The translations under genes and the position numbers were made by a program. Under the pieces are notes generated by a model. That model had not been told where the DNA came from and ran no database searches. It was given only the letters and a program-made list of their open reading frames with translations. DNA of 63,805 nt, filler included, from Octopus bimaculoides (lineage: Eukaryota): the NCBI RefSeq assembly GCF_001194135.2. It is 4 parts of 4 records of this genome, joined end to end, with 100 filler letters (N's around TTAATTAATTAA, not from the genome) between each part and the next. Parts side by side here need not be neighbours in the genome. Positions count along the whole stretch, not along the records: positions 1 to 30,732 come from NC_068990.1; 3 more parts are not named here. One strand, given 5' to 3'. This document shows, piece after piece, positions 13,873 through 27,236 of the stretch; positions within the stretch are counted from its first letter, which is position 1; every line of letters begins with the position of its first letter.

Positions 13873-14089
13873 CTATGAAAGAATAAGCAACCAAAAAGCT
13901 TGCATCACCACCTGTATAGCTTGACATTTCGTGTAAACTTCATCAATTCTCAAAGAACTTCCGACATATTTCCATTCACTTTACTCTACATACCATTTTC
14001 GCCATGTTTAAGTACTCTCTCTTTCTCTCTTTTCTCCCCTTTCTCTCTCACATATACACACTCTCCCCCCTATTATTTCTCCTGATATG

Positions 14090-14139
<50 letters not shown>

Positions 14140-14151
14140 CATATATCCATA

Positions 14152-14214
<63 letters not shown>

Positions 14215-17104
14215 GCATACATACATAGGAGTCTATTCTGAAGGTATCATTTATAAACACTTGTTATATATTGTGGAAAAGCTAACGTATATATGATATA
14301 CTCACGCTGATATATTTTTTAGTATAAGCATGATGGATCCTCCGTCGGTTTCGAACATGAGCATTCAGTTGTTGTCTGAGTAAGTGGCTGAGTATTTTGT
14401 AGCACACCCTGTAAGGTAATTCTCAAGTCGAATCAGTGTGGCACAATATGTGACGAGGCTGAAATCTTTGCATTACAAATAAAATTCGTATGACGGACTT
14501 CAAAAACGCTTCCGTCCACTCATTTGGGTCGAACGCAGGAATACGAAAAAAGGAGATTTCCCCCAGTATTATAAAGTAGTTGGATCAGACTTCGGATTTT
14601 ATGATTGCGAAGTGGAATATTAACAGTTCCTTATTTTGGTACAAGGCCAACACTTTTGAAAGGAATGGGTTAGTCGATTACATCGACCGCAGTTTAGGTG
14701 TAGAACCATTTCTCAGAAGCTTTACGAGGCACATTTTGAAGCATGCGTTACTCGAAGATGAGATTGACAGCTGCTTGTACCCACGGGGATCCTGCAGTAA
14801 TCGCACGATTCCGTAATAGGCTTAACGTTCCATCAAGGTCCAAAATTCAGCAGATTTTTGTTTGATTCACTCCAGTGACAACTCAGAGGAAGTATTTGGC
14901 TTTTACTGTCTTTTCCGAATGGAGGCAATTGGCTCTGTTGAATTATAATTACACAAATAATTATCTGGGTAACTATTTCTTGCGTAATTATGACATCTGG
15001 AATCATAATGTCCAGCAGAAGTGTTGCTGTTACGATTGTTCTTACCGCTTTTAAACATTACAAAATATTCATTACTTTTCAGATGTTGCAGAACTAATTT
15101 ACCGTTCTTTGTAAGAACGTTTGAGATGCGTTTATATCAGAATTCATTGCCATCACATCTCCGAAGAGATCGGGCGAGAAATTCAAGGTCGACATTAGTG
15201 TTGTTTTGGTCATATTTTCGTTTGGGCTAGATATATAAAATATACATACATATATACATGTAAATAGAGAGAAAACAAAGACTGACAATAGTCAGACAAT
15301 GAACATTCATGTATAAATATATAGATATTTATATTTTAACAGAGCAGACTAACACAGAATACAAAGACACAAGAAATTAAGGGGAGGAGGTAAGATATTA
15401 CAGGTTCAACAGCTGTTTCTTGGGGGTCGGAATTACGTCATAATGTTGGCAGATATAGTTCACAAAAAGTTAAGGACATGCAACCAGTAGTGGAAGTATA
15501 TAGACATTAGGTAAATCTGATCTTCGTTTTCACGATGGAGAGATAGGCATCCATCCTCCCGGCCGTCCCTCTGTCTGTCTGTCTGTAAATAGTTTTAATA
15601 TTGGTTTCAAATATTGGCACTAGGCTAGCAATTTGGGGAGAGGGGGTTAAGTCGATTACATCGACTCCAGTTCTCAACTGGTACTTATATTGTCGATTCC
15701 AAAATGATGATTGGCAAAGTTGACACATGAACTAATTAGATGTGTAGTAAATTTACAATAATCTAGGATACTTGTAACTATTTCTCCTAAAAGAGTGTCA
15801 AAATTTCTAGAATGTACCTCGTGTGTGCGTGTGTACGCACACATATAGATTTACACATTCGCACATTTATACTTATCCTGATCGAGTTAAAAATAAATCA
15901 AAGAAATGAATCCCATAAAAGCCCATAGATAAAAAAAGAAAAGATTACACGTATAAAATGTCACTAAGCAGAAACAGCTACAGGATAATGAAATTTTCCA
16001 TAGTTTGTAGTGAAACTGTCTGTATTTTGAAGAAATTAATACAACCGTCAAATCAGACAAGAGGATAATAATTGATTGACAGCGGTTGCAGGAATCTCTT
16101 CGAAGATTCAGAGTAACGTAAATGAAGAGAATTAGAAAGTTCAAGAGTAAATATACAACCAATATGAAAAATTTATTCTTCCTCGTAGTCAAATCGAAGT
16201 GAAACCAGTTGCGGCATTAATATTTATACAAAGGCAAAGAAAAGAGGACCAGAAATATATTATTACTGCACACATATCTATAAATATCTGTAAATATTAG
16301 AAACATTCACGTGTTCGATAAACTAATCTATACTATCGATATTTTTAGAAAGAAAAGATAAATTAGAAGAAAAAAATATAAAATTACAGAGATTGAAGAT
16401 GGGTCATACAAAACCTCTGAAGCTGTTCCTAAATAAACTGCTTAAGAAAACCGATGATGCACAAAACTTTTCCAGGTTAAAAACAACGTAAGCCTAGAAC
16501 AGTAAAGTATAAAATGCACGAAAACAAACAGGTCCAAGCAAAATAGTAATACAGAATCTGCCGTAGAAATAAGGTAAAAATTAATAAATACATGCATATG
16601 AGAAATGTAATATTATGTAAGATATAAAAGTAGAAAATGGCTAAGCAGGTTGTAAGTACAAGAATACGATGTGTGCATCTGAAAGTATATGTCAGTTTAA
16701 GTTATATATTATAAACACAATGTAATAAACGTAGAAACAAGAAAAAACTGATAATAAATTACATAATATTCATTTCAAAATTAAAACAGAATTTCAATTG
16801 TTTGCGTGTATGTGTCAGTTTGTGACATATGTATATTTGTATGTATGTATGTATGTATGTATGTATGTATGTATGTATGTATGTATGTATGTACTTTTCT
16901 ATTTATGGTTATTTAAAATCCTTCTTCTGAAGAAGGAGCTCGTTTCTAACAAAGATACGGAGTTCCATCGTTGGAATGTAGCTAAAACAATGTAGCATTT
17001 TAAACTAGAGATATGTGTATGAATGTAGAGTACGTTCACACACACACGCGTGCACACATACACACTCGAATGCACGCATACACACACCCTTGTTTGACAT
17101 CAGA

Positions 17105-17600
17105 TTCTGAAGCCGGGCTGGAACGAAACCCCTGATTTCTCTGATTAGAATAACGAAAATAAATCCATTTTTGGTCTCCAGTTACAAATCGACGCCCAAA
17201 ACGGGTATCTCGAGGATTTGCCAACAACTGGTTTGCAAGTGTTCACACGTCGTTGAGCCTGGTTACTGGTCAGTTTATGAGGAGCCTCTCGACAGCATCT
17301 GTTCACAAGTTTAAGCTTATGGAGTAGTCAATTGATGGCGTTTTGTGACGGACCAACTTCTGCCGGTTGTTCAACCATTTCAAGCAAGACCTCAGCTTCC
17401 ACAGCAGAGGATCTCCCTGACCTTGGCTTCTCTTCGAGGTTGGCGTCACCTTCCTTGAAACGACTGTTACGCATTATTTGACAGTTTCTGGGTCTTCCAC
17501 ATCATAAATTTCTTTTGGTGCTGCCCTTAAACTCACTCATTTTTCCCCTACGAGTAGCACAAAATGGCTCTAATTTCATTTTTTTCACCACTCATTATGA
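17105..17600 (-). mobile_element. Tc1/mariner transposase relic (HTH to start of catalytic domain)
   Basis: RFKEGDANLEEKPRSGRSS...APHKLTSNQAQRRVNTC...RRFVTGDQKWIYF: mariner PRSGRP, VPHEL and VTGDEKW motifs, degenerate. Confidence 0.85.
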
Positions 17601-17634
17601 AAATAAAGCATAAACAATTAATGCTTATCTGTTA

Positions 17635-19300
17635 CTAGCAGTATAGCCCGGCGCTGCTCGGGATTAAGCTAGGATTATTAAGTGATCAAGTGCTTTATTT
17701 CAAACCAAAATAAGTAACATGGACATCAGATTTGAGCGAAATCCGTTGAAATTGGTTTGGCTGAAAATGGTTTGCTGGCAATTTGATTGGGAAAACCCAT
17801 AAGGAATCAGTTTATTGGTTATTTCTACTCATTGACTGTTTCTTTTAAAGTTGCATTAGAGATCTGCATAGGAGAAGGTTGATCTGAAGGTTTGCATTGG
17901 GGATCTGGATTGGAGTAACTTAGGAAAACTTACCAACAGTCTTAACCAAAAAATAAGGGGCCTGTCCCTTCTAGGTTAACTGTAACCCTAACCCTAAACA
18001 CTAACCCTGACCCTAAAACTGTAACCCTAACACCAACCCTAATGAACGATTTAAAATAAATAAATGATTTAAAATAAATATTTTTTTGTTAGACGCTTGA
18101 CAACACTCTGTATCTCCCCTTTTCACAAACACACTCTTTCTTTCTTTCTTTCTTTCTCTCTCCTTCACGTGCCTAAGCACAGATTTGACTTCGCCATGGC
18201 AACAAACTTCAAAATTGGTAAAAGTTTACAGCTATACGTGGGTGCCTCTGAGAGAAAGATTTGACGAAAATGCAGGGTCATAACGAATCTCCTTCTAAAA
18301 TTGGAGCGACATGCGTGCTAACTTGTGGACATGCATAAAGTACATTCACGTACACACATATCTTCTCTTGTATATATACGGATATATTTTAATTGTTGTG
18401 TGAGAAAGTATATATAATCTCATTATCGAATATAATAATGTCTTTTAAAAACCTCTTAATACTTCCTGACCTACATTTTCATTCCTAATACACTTTCTGC
18501 CTCCCTCTTCCACTTTTTGGTTCCTGTTTTTCTTTTTTCCTTAGACGCTTGGCAAACACTCTGTATCTTTCTTTCTTTCTTTCTCCTTCACGTGCGTACG
18601 GCACAGATTCGACTTTTCGCCATGGCAACCAAACTTCAAAACCTTTCCATTCCTATTACACTTTCTGCCTCCCTCTTCCATTTTCCATTTTTTTTGTTCT
18701 TAGACGCTTGGCAAACTCTGTCTTGGTCAGAGAAATTTTTTGTCCTCAGACGCTTTCTCTCTCTCTCTCTCTCTCCCCTTCACGTGCGTACGGCACCGAT
18801 TTGACTTTTCGCCATAGCAACAAACTTCAAAGTGTGTGTGCTGAAGACATTTTCCTCAGACGCTTTGTCTCCCTCTTCCACTTTTCCATTTTTTCCCCCC
18901 TTAGACGCTTGGCAAACACTCTGTATATCTCCCCNNNNNNNNNNTTTGTCTCCCTCTTCCACTTTTCCATTTTTTCCCCCCTTAGACGCTTGGCAAACAC
19001 TCTGTATATCTCCCCTTGTCACAAACACACTCTTTCTTTCTTTCTCTCTCTCTCTCTCTCTCCTTCACGTGCGTAGGCACAGATTTGACTTTTCGCCTTG
19101 GCAACCAAACTTCAAAATTGGTAAAAGTTTACAGCTATACGTGGGTGCCTCTGAGAGAAAAAATTGACGAAAATGCAGGGTCATGACGAATCCCCTTCTA
19201 AAATTGGAGCGACATGCGTGCTAACTTGTGGACATGCATAAAATACATTCACGTACACACACACACACACACACACATCGCCACTTTTATAGATATGATA
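17635..19300 (+). mobile_element. Putative non-autonomous Helitron/Helentron-like element(s) with internal tandem array
   Basis: Starts ACTAGCAGTATAGCCCGGCGCTGCTCGGG (small hairpin), contains (TAACCC)-like repeats and a tandem array. An end module of about 120 bp occurs twice (18241-18358, 19143-19260), finishing in (CA)n-CGCCACTTTTATAGATAT. No TIR or TSD seen. Confidence 0.45.
18085..19140. repeat. Composite tandem array inside the Helitron-like element
   Basis: Recurrent modules TTAGACGCTTGGCAAACACTCTG, (CT)n-CCTTCACGTGCGTA-GGCACAGATTTGACTTTTCGCCATGGCAACCAAACTTCAAA and CTCCCTCTTCCACTTTT. Confidence 0.9.
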
Positions 19301-20756
19301 TATGAAAATAAAGACTAAACAGTTCAGCAGATTGTGTTAAATTAATGAATTAAGATGGCGATACAAGTTGCCAAAAATCCTCAATGAAAATTCAAAGGAA
19401 AACTTGTAACTCAACTTGGTATCTTTCCCACAAATGTCGACCTGCAATAGTTTAATCAGAACACCAACAACACCAAAGTCAGCAGACTCAGAGTGTTTGC
19501 AAGGGCCATGAGCTCTGCCTCTTCCTATAGACTCAACAGATAAAATCATTAATTAAACATTTAATTAATTATGCGGTATATATCCTTTATTGGATAATCT
19601 GAGATTTGATGTTGGTATGCCTACATCGTTGAATAAATGTCAAGAAATATATTCCCGTGGTCAGAAAAATACGGGATTGTTGTAACTAATTTCGTTCCCC
19701 AACACCCATATCTGCCGCCGCCGCCGCACGCGCACACATTTTACCCTTTATTTGTTCGAGTTATTGCATTGCGGGTGGGACGAATCGATCCCGGTACTTA
19801 TATTTTTATCTGGTACTTATTCTATTGTCGAACCGCCAAATTATGAGGACGTAAACAAACCAACTACGTTTATCAATGAGAGGGAGGACAGTAATGCCAC
19901 ACACATATACAAAGGGCTTCACACAGATTCTGTCCCCTAAATTCACTCATAGAGCATTGGTCGGTTCGGGGTTATTGTAGGGGACACATGCCCAAAGTGC
20001 CGCGCAGTGGCTGCAAAGCGAGCTTCATAAACCACACAACAAAAACGGAAAGAGAAACATTTGTAATTGTTGTAATGGTTCTGTGTCCATGGTGAGAGTT
20101 CTTATTTGGAGCGAATCAAGAAGGAAAAAAATTGCAGGTTGCCAGACATTTCAGAGAGGAAGGGTGAAAAAAGACACAGCAGATTTCTCAACCAATGAAA
20201 TTGGAGCGTTGTAAGGGGAGGAGAAGGAGGACAGTGAGAAGGCGAATGGAAGCAGAGTGTGTGATACATAACGATAGAGATAAGACGTCGTGAATGTAGA
20301 AGAAAGGGAAAAAGAAAATGTTTAAAAAGACACTGCGGTGATGAAACAACGAAAGCAGAATGGTAGTGGGTTTGAAGATGAGATAAAGTAAAAGAGTGAT
20401 TAGTGGAAATAAATATATTATTGAAGTGTAGGGTGTTTCACTGGTAACGCGTACAAATTAAACGTGGAAGTAAGGGTACGTGTGATTGAAGGAACAGCCG
20501 GAGTAAAGAAATAGTCTGTTAGTATTAGAACGTCAGTGTGGAGTTGATAAAAGAGAAAGCGAGAGAAAGTGGGGGGAGAGTATGTGTGTGTGTCTGTGTG
20601 TGTGTGTGTGTGCGTTCGTGAAAACTGATTGTGGAGCTGTTTCATTCATTGATGTAGTAAAGCGGCAAGCCTCCCAAAGCCATTGAGCTGTTTGCTGTCT
20701 ATTGTACGTAGATATACACATAATACACTCGCGTGCGAACGCGTGTGCGTACACCA

Positions 20757-20806
<50 letters not shown>

Positions 20807-20957
20807 TGTGTGTAAAATTTAGACGTTGGCTCACATAACTACTTTAATTTCGCTTTCTGAGCGTGCACTGATAAACGTGGAGACGTATACACATATATAA
20901 ACATGCAGACAAACATACAAGTGTCTATTACACATTAATAAACGCTCGCACACGTAC

Positions 20958-21222
20958 CTGTCGTATATGACACACCACTATCTTCTACGCTGTTCTCCAG
21001 TCATTCAGATAAACAAAACAACCAACAACAAACAAACACTTTCTAAACAAACAAGTTGGGTTCCGGAAAAAAAAAACATTTACGGCGACGTCGTAATAAT
21101 AAACAATCTCGCAGACAGCTACCATGACCGAAGTGTGGACTAAGTTGTTTAATAGTTCATAGTTCAAAGTCCATAAGAAAGATACTTTCGTTGAACGTCT
21201 GATGACAAAAACGGACGTTTAT
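20958..21222 (-). other. Candidate non-coding (5' UTR or lncRNA) exon
   Basis: TATTTATTTTTTTATTTTTTATAG acceptor and CAG|GTACGT donor; 81-nt intron to an upstream GTAAGT donor at 21303; all frames closed. Confidence 0.4.
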
Positions 21223-22706
21223 CTATAAAAAATAAAAAAATAAATAAATAGAAATACAAGCGACAGACACTCTTAGTCTAACGGTCGAGGTAAACGGACT
21301 TACATTACTGCTGTTCAGGCACAGGACAACTATGGTAAGTTTGTTGTTGTTGTTGTTCATCTTTTTATTCTCCCATTCTCTTCGTATTTCTCCTCATCAA
21401 TATCTTTTCGGCAGAATCGTGTGTCGGGTCTTGCGATATTCCTCATCCCCGGTTCTTTACGGTTCTAATTGCAAATTCCATCGAGGGGTCAATTTTTGGT
21501 TTTCATCCTTTCAGGACGAGTCCTGAGCAATCCGATGCAATCCATTACCCGTCAAAGAAACAAAAGAAAATGAAAAAAAAAAACAAAAAAAAACATTCTT
21601 TCGGTATTGGTTTACTGGGTGTCAGTCTCGAAAACGAGCGACCATATAAAGGCTCCTTTGTTTTGTTGTTGTTTAGAACCAGGTCATCTTATATCCATCC
21701 TTGACCATCTCTCTTATTCAGGCAATGTATCTAAAACTACATTTTCTAATGTGTCCGTTTTAAAACATACTGCAGTGTGTGATTTGAAAAAATGACTGCC
21801 ATTTCTCGCATACCGAACGACCGCCTATAGGCCTCCTCTAGAGGACTCGTATCTTCCTTTGTGTTTATGTAAGGGTGTTGGTATAGGATAACGTCCCCGC
21901 TATGGTTGTTGGAGTAATATTGAACATTAGAGACGTCCCTGATGCTGCTACTGTTGTAATTGTCCTTAAAAACGTTCTTATTTTTACCATGTTGTGTTGC
22001 TCCTAATTTACTCCTGGTCAAGGATACCAATGAACAATGGCGTTCCAGCCATGACCATATGGTTCTTTTTTTTTGTTTTTGAATACTGTCTATCTAAGAC
22101 TACGTTGTCAAATGTATTCTAGCCCTTTTTAAAGACCGTAGAATGAAAATGGAGGGATATTTGGATGCTAATTCTAGAAAGTCGACTGACCAGGTGGATG
22201 GTCCTCTTATCGACTAGGGTTTTTATTTTATTTCATAGGACAATGGGGTTGGGGTGAACGATATGTTAGCACGGTAGAATTACATTTCAAACAGGGTGGC
22301 AGTTTGGTGGTATCATTAGAGCAGCAAACAAAATGCCGTGTTGTATATCTTGCTCTTTATATTCCGAGTTCAAAACGTGCCGAAGTCAGCTTTTCTACTC
22401 ATCCTTCCATATTCGATGATAAAGTACCAATCAAGTGGTCGGGGTCGATGCAATCAACTCCCAATCGGTGTCAACATGAATTAGGCTTGGATGGTAGAGT
22501 AAAACCCGCAACCCCCGTCCAACCGTGATGCTCCGACGATCGATGAAGTCACGCACCGGTGGCGGTTCCCTGTCGTTGCCGTCAGTATTACCTCACACCT
22601 TTTATTACTGACAATATAACAGACACAATCTAATCGTTAACTCCCTGCTCATTCTCCATCCTCTCTCTCACTATATGCATACACCTGTCTGTCTGTCTCT
22701 CTCCCT

Positions 22707-22745
<39 letters not shown>

Positions 22746-24249
22746 GTGGACTCTAAAGAAGTGGACTGAAAAGTAGTCCTGAAACCCTGTCCACTTCGAC
22801 TTTCCTACTCTCTTATTGCTCCAGTCATTTCATTAAAAAAAAAAAGCCATTAACGACACTTGGTTGATTCAATTAGCAAAACCATTAAATATATTTGTGG
22901 CCTTCTTCTAACGTTTCTGTTGTTGTTGTGCACCTTTAGTCAACTCAGATCGAATAGATTTACGATATGTAATGGATTGATTTGATGACAGCATGAAATC
23001 CTTCACCCCTACGAGCAGACCTGGTTGCAGCCTTATTATGCACATTCTGTTATGCATTGTTTTTGACCGTTTAGAGTGCAGTGAGCCAGTCTGGGCATGT
23101 TGCAGTTACCCTGCTACAAGCATCAACTCTTTCTCTTACAAAACACGTTTATTGTTTTCTAAAATTTACCTTTGATCTTCGTGTATAATATATGATGTCC
23201 TCTCTATAAAAATATTCCCCTTCCTATCCCCCCCCCACACTGCAATGATTATATAAGGCCTCTGTCGTTCAAGGTCGACACTGTATCTACATATGCAGGC
23301 CTGGGCAATATTTTTGAGGAAGACTGACTGTTGTCCATTACATGCAAGTCTCCATTCTTCGTACCATTGATATTTATTGAAGGGAAAATCTTCCGACTTG
23401 GTCTGATACAACTTAGCACCAGAATCGTTAGATACTGCAACGCATCTCGCTCGGCCATCTAACAGGTGCGTCGACCCACAGCCTTGGATTGCGACAGAAC
23501 TAAAAGGAATTTAAGTTTAGAGGGATTTGAATTTAGAACGCAGAGAATCGGAACAATTACCCCGTGGCATTCGAACGAACACTGTCGCCGATTTAATGGT
23601 AAAGCTTATGTCAGAAGGAAAAATAAGCAAAACCCTGACGCAAAAAACTATGTAAAAGCTATCCATTGCGCAATAATCCACAAATGCATAAGATTTGAAA
23701 TATGTTTGGAAAATGTCCGAGATATATAGAGCCTACCTTAGTAATCCACTTGAAGACCATGTTACTGAACTTTTCTCTACAATCTCGTCCAGGGACGAAT
23801 TGCAAGAACATAAATAAAACGCCTGTAGGGACGCATATGTGTTGTGAGAAACCTACTCATCGCTTGTTTTACTAATTCATTGTTATGTAACTTAAATTAA
23901 TTTACTGTTTGGACTCTACGACTTAAATCAGTGTTTTTTGTCCACCCGGATTCTTGGAGAATTTCGTCAGCGGATAGTTTTAAATTTCAATATGGGTAAA
24001 ATTTTACCTTTGGAAGAGTAACACCTTCTTCTTGTCTTAGTTTGTTTCTAATGGTGAGACACAACAGAAACAGATGGACTCGGTCGGAGCGCGCAGTAGT
24101 TGTCATTCTGTACTTCTCTCCTCACAGATGTTTTTTGCAATGAAACTATTGTTATTTAGCTATTGATCGATCGTGGTTGAGCAGACGATTGATGAGAGAC
24201 CTTCTAACTGCGACCATCTCACCTTTTATTCGGGAAAGCGTGTTTCCAG

Positions 24250-25010
24250 GACTATATTCCCCTTGATGCCTCCTGATACTATTCCCAAGTATCCAGTAAT
24301 AATTGGCACTATCTTCATCTTTTTCATTTCCCACAACCAGGCTATTTCATACTTAAGAGAGTTGTATTTATTTTTTGCCTTCCAACTTGACTATTCGTGG
24401 GTCAAAGGGGCATGTAACATCAACTATAGAGCGCATGTGGTGCACCTTGTCCACCACCACTAGGTCCGTTCTGTTATGCTCTAGTACCTAATCTGTTTGG
24501 ATTGGGAAATCCCAGGGAATTTTGCTAGTCTCCGACTCTGTCACTCTTTGCCGTTTGTTCTCATACCACGTCTTGCCTCTCTCTACCCCCCACTTTTCGC
24601 ACAGTTTCCAATGGAGCACTTTCGCTACCTGGTCGTGTCGCCACAACTTGTGGTGGCTTTGGGCAAGTCTAGGGCATTCGTTCGTGCTATGGGCAATGGT
24701 TTCATCCACTTCATTGCAGATGTGGCACAGCAGAGACTCTTCCTCAGTCCTCAGGTTGACCCTCCTCCAGCTCATGACCAAGGCTTAGTCTTGCCAGTAT
24801 AATGTTCTCGGTCTCTTTTTTTAGGGTTCCTTTCTTCAGCCAATCCCACCTAGGTTTTCCAGCAACTTCTGTTGTGGCTTCATTGAACTGATTGTGTAGT
24901 CCCTTATTGTGTAATTCTTCTTCGTGTCCTTTTTGTACTTCTTCCTTTGTTTTTTCCGTTTTTTTTCTCTCTGCTTTCAATACTCCCTCTTTCTTAACTG
25001 ATTCTAGCAA
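24250..25010 (-). mobile_element. R4/Dong-like LINE 3' fragment (CCHC knuckle plus endonuclease), frameshifted
   Basis: LHNKGLHNQF...WDWLKKGTLKKETENII; CHICNEVDETIAHSTNECPRLAQ...RHDQVAKVLHWKLCEK...WDFPIQTD; then DLVVDK...IVDVTCPFDPR...KYEIAWLWEMKKMKIVPII. Confidence 0.85.
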
Positions 25011-25822
25011 GATTTCCTTACTCTGGGAGGAGAAGCAAAGTCAGAAAGTTGAACTGGAAGGTAGAACGCTACTATAACTGAAATTACTATTTATAGACAC
25101 AGATATAAAAAAAAAATGACAGATAAAAAAAATATTATGATAAAATTCTTTGAAAAAGCAGACTAAAATTCGTCCTTCCATCAAGTCTGCTTTTTTAAGA
25201 GTTCTTTTTTAAATATAGTTAATAATTATTAATCTAAGGAAATTCCTTTCCGAATATATATTTATATCTGTCCATCTTTCTGTTCGTCTGTAAATGACTG
25301 CTTCGCTAGTGAGGTGTAATAAAGCCTAAACATGTCCAGAGTTGTCACCCCGTTCTGGCAACGCTCAAAGTTTTCCCCTCTCCTCTTCATTCCTTATTCT
25401 CAAGTTTAACTTGAGACTCCAGTGCATCGTCTTATTTCAAATTCTTTGTTTTTCCGTCATCCACTGTGTTCTTTGTATTGTATTCAGTGTTTACACCTCG
25501 GTACGGGTATAGTTTTGATTAATTACTGAAGTTTTCTTGTTCGCCACATTAGCTGTATTAACGCTTGCTTCAGTATACATCTCAAGAGATTTCCCTTTAT
25601 ATTGATCCATGTATATTTATATAGCCTCACTGTCCCCAGAGAAAGTCACTCTAACTGTTCTACTTTGCTCCGCTAAGTTCAGTCTTTCACAAACAACAGA
25701 GGAACACTTGTCTTGCCGTGAGATTCTCATCAAATCTTTGTTGCAATTTCCAAGTTTGACGTTCCTTTAAAAAAACCTGTCGAAAAGCACAAAGATTTAG
25801 CACCCATGAGATATAATGTACT

Positions 25823-25882
<60 letters not shown>

Positions 25883-27179
25883 TGTCGTATGTCAATCCAC
25901 ATGTATTATATGTCTGCATGTTTATGTGTGTGTGTGCTTGTGTGTGTGNNNNNNNNNNNNNNNNNNNNNNNNNNNNNNNNNNNNNNNNNNNNNNNNNNNN
26001 NNNNNNNNNNNNNNNNNNNNNNNNNNNNNNNNNNNNNNNNNNNNNNNNNNNNNNNNNNNNNNNNNNNNNNNNNNNNNNNNNNNNNNNNNNNNNNNNNNNN
26101 NNNNNNNNNNNNNNNNNNNNNNNNNNNNNNNNNNNNNNNNNNNNNNNNNNNNNNNNNNNNNNNNNNNNNNNNNNNNNNNNNNNNNNNNNNNNNNNNNNNN
26201 NNNNNNNNNNNNNNNNNNNNNNNNNNNNNNNNNNNNNNNNNNNNNNNNNNNNNNNNNNNNNNNNNNNNNNNNNNNNNNNNNNNNNNNNNNNNNNNNNNNN
26301 NNNNNNNNNNNNNNNNNNNNNNNNNNNNNNNNNNNNNNNNNNNNNNNNNNNNNNNNNNNNNNNNNNNNNNNNNNNNNNNNNNNNNNNNNNNNNNNNNNNN
26401 NNNNNNNNNNNNNNNNNNNNNNNNNNNNNNNNNNNNNNNNNNNNNNNNNNNNNNNNNNNNNNNNNNNNNNNNNNNNNNNNNNNNNNNNNNNNNNNNNNNN
26501 NNNNNNNNNNNNNNNNNNNNNNNNNNNNNNNNNNNNNNNNNNNNNNNNNNNNNNNNNNNNNNNNNNNNNNNNNNNNNNNNNNNNNNNNNNNNNNNNNNNN
26601 NNNNNNNNNNNNNNNNNNNNNNNNNNNNNNNNNNNNNNNNNNNNNNNNNNNNNNNNNNNNNNNNNNNNNNNNNNNNNNNNNNNNNNNNNNNNNNNNNNNN
26701 NNNNNNNNNNNNNNNNNNNNNNNNNNNNNNNNNNNNNNNNNNNNNNNNNNNNNNNNNNNNNNNNNNNNNNNNNNNNNNNNNNNNNNNNNNNNNNNNNNNN
26801 NNNNNNNNNNNNNNNNNNNNNNNNNNNNNNNNNNNNNNNNNNNNNNNNNNNNNNNNNNNNNNNNNNNNNNNNNNNNNNNNNNNNNNNNNNNNNNNNNGGA
26901 GATTAAATACGCTTTACATCGCTTAATCAGCCAAAGGAGTAAATATAAACAACTGAATACTTGTCAGTGATTGGTTGAAATTATCGAAATAAGACAATTT
27001 TTTACATGAAATAAATTCGAATACAAAAATATTTTTCTGTTCTATAACACAAAATAGATAAGTATACGAAGTTTGAAAGTCTTTCCGTACCAAAAACACT
27101 ACGTAAAACATTAATGAAAAATGTGGCCCCCGTTTTAAAATAGATCCCAACCTTCTGTACTCGGTTATTATAGTGTTTA

Positions 27180-27236
<57 letters not shown>

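Noticed and set aside
17983-18042. TAACCC repeats as a real or fused telomere
   Set aside because: Short, degenerate and internal to a repeat element; the same applies to 47356-47400.
18893-19010. Exact duplications flanking 10-N gaps (also 54190-54310)
   Set aside because: Typical of unmerged overlapping contig ends; copy number in these arrays is unreliable.
19548-19569. Perfect AT-only palindrome ATTAATTAAA-CA-TTTAATTAAT
   Set aside because: Low complexity; expected by chance in such AT-rich DNA.
21746-22030. 94-aa minus-strand ORF
   Set aside because: Overlaps degenerate copies of the 150-bp and 108-bp repeat modules; no splice or family support.
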